A stretch of 64,000 nt of DNA, from positions 139,728 through 203,727 of the forward strand of contig NW_027192218.1 in the NCBI RefSeq assembly GCF_041956535.1, in the 5' to 3' direction. The stretch is from Calcarisporiella thermophila CBS 279.70. Its lineage: Eukaryota; Fungi; Calcarisporiellomycota. The notes beneath the pieces were generated by a model. The model had not been told where the DNA came from. It made no database searches and saw only the letters and a program-made list of their open reading frames with translations. A program made the position numbers and the translations under genes. Positions 50,705 to 60,753 of the stretch are shown here, piece after piece (within the stretch, counting starts at the first letter, position 1; every line of letters begins with the position of its first letter).

Positions 50705-51333
50705 ATGAGCATGTTCATCACAAATTCCAGCGGGCGACGGGTGAGCCTCCTGAATGACGACGAGTCTCCATCCCCCCTCTCCTGCTTCTCATCCCATTCC
50801 CACTTCCTTCCTTACAAGCCCATCCCCGCACCATGCCTCGCATCCCCCCGTGACCATCCCTCCTCCTCCCCCCCCGCAAGCACGACAGCCCAAAGCGCAA
50901 GTACTTCTGCACGTATCCCGACTGCGGAAAGAGCTTCACCACAAGGTAGGTTCCCCATCATTTGCCTCTGCGCCTAACCCCCCCCACGCTCACCCATGCT
51001 TGCTTCTCCCTGACTAGTGGCCATCTGACCCGCCACAACCGTATCCACACCGGCGAGAAGAACTACGCCTGCCTCATGCCCGGCTGCTCGTCTCGTTTCT
51101 CCCGCAAGGACAACATGTGGCAGCACTACCGCACCCACTTCTCAAACAAGTCCCGGCAAAAGCGGAAGCTCAGCTCCTCCAGCGACGAGCAGGAGCCCGC
51201 CGACGGCGCCCGTCCGCCGCCGCCGCAGCAGCAGCAGCAGGAGTATCTCCTGCGACCGGTGCAGGTGCGCTTCGACCCCCTCTACGACGCCCTCAGCGTA
51301 AATACTAGCACGCGCCTTGTTTCGCACGGATAA
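50705..51333 (+). CDS. Two-finger C2H2 transcription factor, Nrg1/Nrg2-like (frame break near C8 run 50868-50875)
   Basis: RKYFCTYPDCGKSFTT|SGHLTRHNRIHTGEKNYACLMPGCSSRFSRKDNMWQHYRTH; N-terminal RRVSLLNDD. Confidence 0.8.
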
Positions 51334-51760
51334 TGCTTCATAAACATTATACAGATATATTTATTGCTTGTGTACATATATATTTATACTATCTATTTGT
51401 GTCTATTTGTGTCTATGTCTCTGTTCTCTCTTATTGTACTATACTTTTTTTCCCCTTCTCCAATCTCCTCTCTCTCTCGGAGCTTCCTAAATTTCGTATC
51501 AAAGTCAGAATAAATCGAAAATTGCTATCGGAAGCGCTCGGGGTCACAAGGCGCTGTGGAACGGTGGGGGACACAGAACATTCTGAAGATCTTTTATTAA
51601 CAATGAACAGTGGTGAAGGGGGACGGGAGAGGAGGGGAAATGGCATGGAGTGAGTGAGTTCCAAAAATAAAATAAGCGTTAAATGACAAGATAACATAGA
51701 GTCGCTATTGTGTAAGCTTGCGCATCACTATAAAATTCAAACACTGGGGGGGGAGGGCAT

Positions 51761-52530
51761 TTACAGGTCGTCGTCTTCCTCAGGCAGAGGCTGCGCGGCT
51801 GCCTGCTCCATCTCCTGGTTGTACTGCTGCATCAGGTTGGCGTCCACCTCGACCTCGGGAGGCCGGAGAGCCGGCGAGGCAACAAACTCCAAGCCGGCGT
51901 TGCCCGTCAGCTTGCGCGCAAGCCACAGGAATGGCTTCTCGAAATTGTAGTTCGATTTGGCCGAAATGTCATAGTACTGCAGATTCTTCTTGCGATGGAA
52001 CGTGATGGTCTTCGCCTTGACCTTGCGCTCCTTGATGTCCACCTTGTTGCCACACAGCACGATGGGGATGTTCTCGCACACGCGGACAAGATCGCGATGC
52101 CAGTTCGGCACATTCTTGTATGTGATGCGCGACGTGACATCGAACATGATAATCCCGCACTGACCTTGGATGTAGTAGCCGTCGCGCAGCCCGCCGAACT
52201 TCTCTTGCCCGGCCGTGTCCCACGTGTTGAAGCAGATTTGCCCGAAGTTGGTGTGGAAAGTAAGCGGATGGACCTCGACGCCAAGGGTCGCTAGAAAGGC
52301 GGACATGGGTTAGAATGAGGATCGCCTCCATCCGCTGAGGAGAGCACCTACCAATATACTTCTTTTCGAACTCGCCAGTCAAATGGCGCTTTACAAAGGT
52401 TGTCTTGCCCGTGCCCCCATCGCCCACTACCAGTAGAAGACGTTAGAATCTCGGATCACAGAGCCGTTTTGTTTCACGTTCACCTACCGAGTACTAGTTT
52501 GAAGGTGGGTACTTGATTTGCTTCGGCCAT
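51761..52530 (-). CDS. GSP1: Ran GTPase
   Basis: [35 protein letters not shown] and acidic C-terminal EEDDDL. Confidence 0.98.
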
Positions 52531-52874
52531 TTTTACGCGATGGTCCCCTAGAGGCAACAAGGAAATGGGCGGTTAGTGCGGTGCAAAATAGGGGCCGGAT
52601 ATCCATCACAAAGACACGGTGTCAAAGGCGCCGCCTGTCTTGGTTCGCACACGCGTCTCTATCTACTTACTATTCGTGGTTGGTGATGGATGGATGCAAG
52701 ATAGATGCCTCGCAAATGGATGGGATCAAACCTGGGATCGGTCTCGCTGCCCTCCCTCCTAACCCCAATTCTGTCCGAGGATGATGTCATTTCTGAAAAA
52801 TTTCTTATATCCATGAGCCCTATGCTCCAAGTATTGGGCCGAGAGCCAAATCGCCATCAGAATTGATTGACAGG

Positions 52875-53548
52875 ATGGCAGTCAAAAAGCGTACACCAGG
52901 AAAATGGGACATCGACTTCACTAATCTGTCACGGACCCACCACCGCGATCCTTCTGGATTCCTGGCTCACCCATCCCATGGTAAGGGGAATTTGAAGCAT
53001 CAATCCCACGAAGAGCCCACCGACCAGTCGAGCCTCAAGCTGAAAAAGGCTTGGGATGTCGCCCTTGCTCCTGCAAAGTCAATCCCCATGAACATGTTTA
53101 TGCTCTGGATGAGTGGGAATGGCGTTCAGATTTTCAGCATGATCATCACATTTATGCTTTTTTTCCAGCCAATTAAGGCCATCATGAACATTCAGTCGAG
53201 TAAGATGGCTCTGTCACATCCTTGGTAGGCAACCTCTGACCTTGATATTAACTGGGCTGTGTTTGTTGATGATAGTGTTCGAGCGCTACGAGTCTAGCTC
53301 AAAATCCCAAGACTATTCCCTCCTGGCCCCCAAACTCGTGTTCATTGCATTGCAAATCGCCATGATGTGCCTTGGACTGTACAAGTGCTCTGCCATGGGG
53401 CTTTTACCCACGTCAACCTCGGATTGGTTGGCATTCATGCCCCCGAAGCATGTAAGCCTATTCAGCGTGGTTGATGCAGTCGCTATCTACGAGCTAATGT
53501 TGTGTGTTTTTCTCGCGTCTACAGATACTGGAATACTCGGCCATGTAG
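52875..53548 (+). CDS. EMC4: ER membrane protein complex subunit 4
   Basis: LKLKKAWDVALAPAKSIPMNMFMLWMSGNGVQIFS and MGLLPTSTSDWL. Confidence 0.95.
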
Positions 53549-53657
53549 AAGATTGGTTTAATAATAAAGGATGCATATTTTTATTTGGAATTATCATACA
53601 TAAATACTAGACCAAGTTCGGGGATATCCCTTGAAAACACGCGAACCCTACTGCTCA

Positions 53658-55048
53658 TCACCTCTTCTCGAGCCTTAAGATCTCATCCACCGATTCTCTG
53701 AAGAGTCGTACGTTGTACTCAAACAAGCTTTGTTGAGTGGCATTTTCGCCCCGGATCAGGCACAAGAGGGCAAGGTGATGGCTAACTTCCCGCAGATAGA
53801 GGATCGTATTGTTCTGCAGTTTGATGACGGCATGGACCCCCCTGTTGGGATCCAGGCTCTCGGGACCCTTTTCCTCGGCGCGTTCCTCAGTCATGCCGAG
53901 CCTGTAGCGAGAAGGTTAAACGACCGTGAAGGGTCCCCCCCCCATCTCAGTGGGAGGGTGGAAAGAGTGGCATACCAGAATGTATGGATGATATCCATTA
54001 TCACATCAATCATGTCACTGCAAATCCCATACGAGTGGAAATCAAACGGCGAACTGTCGGTGGCAATGTAAAGCTTGCTCTGCTGGTCGAAGAGATAGGC
54101 CTTCTCGACACTAGAGCTCTAAACGAGTCGGCCTGGTGAGGAATAAGATCAAACCGGGCGTCCATAAGCTCAGCCCTTACCAGACAAAACATGTTGAGTA
54201 GGCTCTCAAGAGAGGGGAGGTAAACAATGAGTTTTTGCACGACTTTGCTCAAGGCCTCATAGATCGAGTGATCGTAGATGCTAGTCAGGTGGAAATGGAG
54301 GCTCGGGAAGATCTCAGGGCCCTCTTCGCCCTCTTCGGCCATTACGTCGTTTCTAACGCGCCGCTCGATATCCTCCAGGGTCTCTAAAGATCCACCCATG
54401 ATCAGCAAAGTGCTTGGAAAAGAGTGGGAGGGGGGGGGGGGGAGTTTGGCTCAGATGAAGCTCACCAATTTTGTTGTCCTCAGGGAGAAGGTCCACCTTA
54501 TGGATGAAGACTTCAAAATGGAGGTTAGGGTTGACGCGATACGCGCGCCTGACCAGATCTTCCAATCGTTGTAGGGCCTCTGAATACTCCGTCTAGAATC
54601 CAAGTATCCAAAATTAGTATGAGCCGCTTTGGAAAGCGAGTCCGAGCCCCTACCAGTGCGTCGATGACGAAAATAAGCGCGCCGGCACAGGACAACGTAG
54701 TTTCAAGCGATGAGTCCGATAGGTCATTCTGGCTCGAGACATCCCATAGCTGAAAATCTAAAAATGAGCGTCTGAAGAGGTGGGAAAAGGAGACATGATT
54801 AGAGGGGGACCAAGCTCGCAAAAGACCAGGTTTCTTACACAATATCTTCTTTGACAGTGCGCGGCGTGCTCGGTAAGCGAATGGTATCGCCTGGTGGTAA
54901 GTTGTGAAAGACTACCTTTCGAATGCTTGTTTTGCCGCTCCTAGGTGTTCATGAATGAAAGCAAGGGGGATGAAGGTTGGGTTGAACCGTGCTTCCCTTA
55001 CCTTCTCATGCCCACCAGCAGTATACGGACGGGTGTTCTCGCGTCCAT
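53658..55048 (-). CDS. GTR2: Rag C/D (Gtr2) family GTPase, divergent
   Basis: [60 protein letters not shown] and LYLREV. Confidence 0.88.
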
Positions 55049-55424
55049 ACCTAAACGTATAATTATACCAAAGCTCAACAATCCAGGTGAAGCAACTAGG
55101 GCCGCAATGGGCTATAAAGTTTGCATAATACAATCGCTAATAGAATAGCCGGATACTATCAGTGGAAAAACAGGATCAAAATGCCCTCGAGCATGGCCAC
55201 CAATGACTAATGGTGACTTTCTCAAGAACAAAAATTTTTTTTTGGGAGAGGGATTTTTCGTGGCATGGTGGCGACAACGGGAAATATTTAGAGTTTTAGG
55301 GGCTTGTATTTTACAAGAGCGTCTGCAACGAGGAGCAGCAGTTTACAGTAGGAGCTGGAGAGAGAGAGGATTTATTGAGAACACCAGCGTTAGACAAATA
55401 ACCAAACGAACAAGATCATTCTAT

Positions 55425-56151
55425 CTATTCCTTCTTGGAGCTGGCAGCCTTCTTGGTGCCGCGGAACTTCTTGGCACGGTTCTTGCGCTCCTTGCGCTGC
55501 TTGCGAGCAATCTTGTTCGTCTCGGCAAGGCCGTGCTATTGGGTTAAATAGAGAGGGTGAATAGGGGAGCATGGACGAGCCATTACCAATATCGGGATGC
55601 TTACTCTGACAAGGCGGTGCTTGGGCTCGAATTTCTTCGCCGACTCAAGCGAATCGTAGATGAGGGCGAAGCCAGTCGACTTGCCTCCACCAAAGTGGGT
55701 ACGGAATCCAAAGCAAAACACATTCTCCTTGTCAGTCTTGTACATCTTGGCGAGCTTATCGCGCACCTCATCTTTGCTCAGATTGGCACGGGAGGGATGC
55801 AACACATCGACGACCATCTGCTTACGTTGCAGAAGGCGGTTGGTGAGGAATTTGCGGGTGCGGATAGTGGCAGTTGCTTCGGACTAGAGTATACAAATAA
55901 TAGAGATCAGCCATCAGCAAAAAGCAATTGGGGATGGAATGCCGGGCCTTGGGTGCCATCGCGGATCAGAAACAATGAAAAGAATGGAAAAGTGCCAGGT
56001 ATATTCAGCAATGTCGATTCGGATCCAACTCCCATCGCATGAATATACCCCATCCGCCCTTCCACCACCTTTCATCATTCAATCCATCCATCACCCCAGC
56101 AATCCATCCCACTCCTTGTTTCTCAACCCTCTATGAGAGAATGCTCACCAT
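55425..56151 (-). CDS. RPS24: 40S ribosomal protein S24 (eS24); exon 1 is the ATG only
   Basis: [39 protein letters not shown] and [13 protein letters not shown]. Confidence 0.97.
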
Positions 56152-56556
56152 CTTTGACGTTCCGTGTTTCGTTTCGAAGAGGAGGAAAAACGGATTAGCG
56201 GGGAGGATGAACCCTCTTCAATAACTCTGAGGGCTAAGCCACAAATTGGCTGCGCCCTACGGTCTCTGTGAAAATGAGAGGGAGTCGAGAATGGAAATAC
56301 TTTACAATTATTATGTAAGTGAAAGGATAAAGGATGTGGGAGTGTTTAAGGGAGGGCAGCTTTTCTTTGCTAGGAAAAGCACCTTTCTCTCTTATGTAAA
56401 GATGTTACAAAAGTATTTCTACTTTTGGACTCCTCTATAATAATATAATAAAATATAATAAAAGAACAAAGAAAAAGAAGTAAGGATCAGAAACCAAATA
56501 GCAGAGACTATTTAAAATGATCAAACAATCGAATGATAAAATAATGTTATACAAAA

Positions 56557-56613
56557 GGGTAATTCTATTTGTACCCGGGTATAACTATTAATTACTACTA
56601 AGTTGGTTAATTA
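56557..56613 (+). repeat. Left terminal inverted repeat of the MULE
   Basis: Matches the reverse complement of 59017-59092. Confidence 0.92.
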
Positions 56614-56738
56614 TTGTGTTTTATTTAACAGCAAGTCACACTTTTACTTTTATTACTCACGCGTAAAATTAAAATTCTATTATTTTCAAGCTGAGCGTAG
56701 CCTTTATAATTTAAATCTTTCCATTCTCCTTTGTTAAA

Positions 56739-58848
56739 ATGACTATCATCTCCATTTCTGATCTCAAATCCCGTGTGTTCAAAGATCGAGACGAAATAAC
56801 TGAATGGATGAACGATTATGCAGTTAGCATTGGGTTTGAATGGAGGGTAGAGCGCTCAGATCTTACTACCGGATTCCTCACTGCTCTAACTATTTCATGT
56901 TCACGATCAGGCCAACACGGTTCGAATAACGAAATACCTATGAGAAATGTATCAACAGTAAAATGCGATTGTCCTTTCATATTGCGATTTCGATTTTCAA
57001 AAGCCGTAAATGCTTATCGCGTTACCTCTGGTAATATCGAGCATAATCATCCTTTGGAGCCCGTGGATATCCGTTTTGCTCGCAGATTTCGTAGACCCGA
57101 CCCTGAAACAGTTCAGTTTGCTCAGAACGTTGTTCAATTTGGAGGTAGTATTTCTCTCGCAACTCGGCTTGTTCGTAGCCAGATTGAATCCATTCAGGCT
57201 AAGGATATCCATAATGCTTTAGCGACAATTACTAAAAGAGAAAAGGGTGAGCTGTCCGAAATTGCTGTCTTGTTGACCAAGCTTGAGAATACAACCGAAT
57301 ATACCGTCAAATACGTATTGGAAAATGGCAAGCTGCAAAACATATTTTGGGAGCGTAACTCGCATGTTTCACTTGCGGACAAGTGTCCTGAGGTTGTGAT
57401 TGCTGATAGTACCTGTCGCACCAACCACTTCAACCTTCCTTGCTTGGTTTTAGTCGGTGTGGATGAAAATATCAAAACGTTTTTGATGGGAATTGCGCCA
57501 CTAAAACGCGAATCTACCCATGCATTTATGTGGGCGCTCCAGCAACTTATATCTTGTTTGAAAAGAGGATCAACTGAGAGTATACGAACAGTGATTAGCG
57601 ATTCCGACCCAGCATTCATAAGTGCTGTCCGTAATGTTATCCCACATGCTCAGCACCAGCTTTGTTCATGGCATATAACAAAGGATATACAAGTGCATTT
57701 GAACCGGAAGGTTGAGAACTACAAAGACTTTGCAAAAGAGCTTACTAAGCTGTTTAGCTCACAGACACCAGACGAATTCGACAAGCATTACAATGAGATA
57801 ATCAAAGCATACCACAATACAGCAGATTATCTACAACATTGGTATAATCGTCGTGAAATGTGGGCAGAGGCATTTGTCTCGGATCACACTAATCTTGGCT
57901 TGCGTTCGACTCAGCGTGTAGAAGGGCAACATGCAGTTCTCAAGCGTTTCACCACCACTCAGGTCAGTCTTAGCAAACTCTTCGACTCTTTCGACATACT
58001 TTTTAATGAGCAGGAAAAAGCATCGATCTTTTTGTCTTTATCAAGCTAGAAATCGACGCAAGCTTTATCCCTCACATCCATTCGGCAACTTGGAAGATAA
58101 AATCTCTGAATTCGCGATGGAAAAACTTATTGAACAATATCACCGTATAGAGGATTTTGATCTTGTCGAAAAAGATGGGTTATATTTGATCAGCGGCAAA
58201 GATAGTTATTATATCATTATAGCAGGCAGGAGAAGATAGTAATTAACCACCTTGTTTTAATATAGAAAAATACTATCCAATATCGCACAGCAGTCATATA
58301 TCAGTCTGCGGTTGCAGCTCGGTAAAGCAACATCTTCTCCCGTGTGTCCACCTCTTTTCCTTTCGTAAAAAGCAAGGCAAGGATATGATCTATGAATCGG
58401 AGATAGCACAGCGTTGGCTCACAACACCGCACAGATCCACCATATTGGAAAGCACTGAGCCGTCAAATTTTGAGCAGCAATCCTCTAAATCTCTGGAATC
58501 TTGGGAAATTGCTAAAATGGGATTTCCAAAATGTGTGGCCGACGATGTGTTGTTCACCTTGGTTACCCGTGCTATATCAACTGCTCAACAGCTTGTTCAA
58601 CATCATCCTGTTGAAAGGGCTAAACAAGAACTTCATTTATTGCTCGTTCGGAGCCGGTAATTAATACGGCTGGGCTATATGGTTCTCCGGGGCCGATTGC
58701 TAGCATAGCCGACCCACAAGAAGTCGTGGCACAAGGTAGACCTAAATCCAATAAACGCACGAAGTCTCAGCATGAGGTAAAGATGCGTCTTTGTCGTGGG
58801 TGTAAGCAGACTGGTCATGACCTACGTAACTGTCCTAGTCGGAATTAA
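56739..58848 (+). pseudogene. MULE transposase (FAR1-type DBD, DDE, SWIM, Zn knuckle) with two apparent frameshifts
   Basis: CSRSG..CDCPF..HNH; IADSTCRTN (D), ISDSD (D), CSWH, TQRVEG (E); SWIM CGC..LPCVH; GRPK..CRGCKQTGHDLRNC. The frame shifts near 58015 and 58636. Confidence 0.8.
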
Positions 58849-59016
58849 TATGTGTAAATATAATATTATTGATAATAAATGAATAAAAGTAAGAAATGTG
58901 GCAGATGTGATTGATACACATCATTTACTACTAAGTTCAATTTTTGGTTGATTTACTGAGAGTTAATAACATATAGCGTGTGGCTTTGAATTTGACGAGT
59001 AATTATTCAAGAAAAT

Positions 59017-59092
59017 TAATTAACCAACTTAGTAGTAATTTACCAACTTAGCGGTAATTAATAGTTATACCCGGGCACAAATAGAATTACCC
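59017..59092 (-). repeat. Right terminal inverted repeat of the MULE (carries an extra ~19 bp unit)
   Basis: Reverse complement reads GGGTAATTCTATTTGTGCCCGGGTATAACTATTAATTACCGCTAAGTTGGTA-AATTACTACTAAGTTGGTTAATTA. Confidence 0.92.
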
Positions 59093-59403
59093 TATACAAA
59101 ATAACAATTAATAAAATTAGTATCACGATCTTATGGCTTAGACCTTAATAGCGTCGTGATGGTAAAATTAACATCATGACAAAAGACCTGTTCCCTCACG
59201 TAATCTAGTAATAGCTCCAAAAAATTATAAAAATGCGGGATAAAAATTTTATATTGGGTAAAAAATTAATTTCTTTTTTTGCAAATTTCCCCTCAATTCC
59301 CTTTATCCTCCTCCCCTGGAGTCTCTAATTTAATTATTCCACCTTTATCTCTCTCTCGTTAATTTGTATGTACCATTTTTTTTTTAAATAGACCTCCCTC
59401 CTT

Positions 59404-60580
59404 ATGCTCGTGTGTATTTTCGTATTGTTGTTGAATTTTGCCGCTCTCGCTCTTTCGGCTGAGAACCCAGCTACCCTGCGCTCACTCTCCTCCGTGCCCT
59501 CCTCCTACTACAAACACCTAGTTGTTTTTGGGGATAGCTATTCAGACAACGGGCACCCTCGCAATAAGAGCTATTGGGTTCCACCTCCCCCCTATCTGGT
59601 GAGTAGCGTATTAGATGCATATTCGTAGAGGATGAATGTTCAATTGTCTTGATTTAGGGCGGGAGAACATCTAATGGTTATATGTGGAATGAATATCTTG
59701 CTAAACATTTCGGCGCTAATCTCCACAATTATGCCTACTCGGGGGCAACCGCGGATAATGTCAGTCACGATAATCTACTAAGAGGAATGATCCATTTATG
59801 TGCTAATTCTTACCTCCTGGTTTAGAGTATTGTGTTTCGCCCAGTACCCAGCGTGAATCAGCAATTAGATCTTTACTATACTGACTGTGCTAAAAATGGG
59901 AAGATAACCTTGGATCCGGCCAAGACCCTCCATGCTATTTGGATAGGTGTCAACGATCTTTTTGACATCTTTTTCAATAAGCTCAATGCGGAGAAGTACG
60001 AGCAGAGCACTAAAGCAATAGGAAAATCCTTGGTAAGCATTTCATTTTTGGCCTCTCAACACACCCTCCCTTAACCAACAAAACATGGCTTAGAAAAATC
60101 TTTATGAGCATGGTGCACGTCAGTTTTTGCTCCTCAATATCCCTCCGATAGAGCACATGCCTGTGGTCTCTGAGAAAACCGATGGGGATCCGAAAGAGAT
60201 AGCCGAGTTCCGTGAACGCGTTCAGGAGTACAATGAGATGCTAGAGCGTGCTCTTCTCGAATTTCTTGCAAAAACGGATGGCGACGCGCATCTCGTCCTG
60301 TTTGACTCATTTATCATGTTCGATAAAATAATCAACCGTCCTCCCCCTGATTTCTGCGACGTAGAACATGCATGCTACTACCGTGGGGTTGTATGCAGTA
60401 AACCAAACTGCTATTTGTGGTGGGACACCTGGCATCCTACAAGTAAGTGCTTCATTTTCCAAGGGAATTTATGAAAGTTACAACAGCGCTATATACATCT
60501 CTCTTCGCATTTTAGCCTACATGCATGGTCGCATTGCAGATGCGATTTTTCGTGGGTGGAAGCTTATTTCTCAGCCTTGA
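59404..60580 (+). CDS. Secreted SGNH/GDSL hydrolase (carbohydrate esterase CE16-like)
   Basis: Signal peptide, VVFGDSYSD, GRTSNG, NYAYSGAT, IWIGVND and WWDTWHP. Confidence 0.9.
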
Positions 60581-60753
60581 ACATAAGCTGCACGATCTCC
60601 TAGTGTCCCCTGTGTTCCTTCAATCCTTATTTTTTGGACTTTTATTTTTCGTTATGTACCGTGTTATATAATATATTATGCTGCGCCCCTTTAATTTAAT
60701 TTATCCTAGAGGGAATCCCTAAACGCGTCGTTGTCCTATTACCTCTCGATGTT

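Larger units (their letters stand above)
56557..59092 (+). mobile_element. Mutator-like (MULE) DNA transposon, full length 2536 bp, with TIRs and a 9-bp TSD TATACAAAA
   Basis: TSD at 56548-56556 and 59093-59101. Inverted termini GGGTAATTCTATTTGT(A/G)CCCGGGTATAACTATTAATTAC. Encodes a MULE transposase. Confidence 0.95.

Noticed and set aside
16560-55048. Apparent cluster of trafficking/TORC1 genes (PX, VPS16, SED5, SNX3, EMC4, GTR2)
   Set aside because: Dispersed among unrelated housekeeping genes, as expected by chance in a compact genome.
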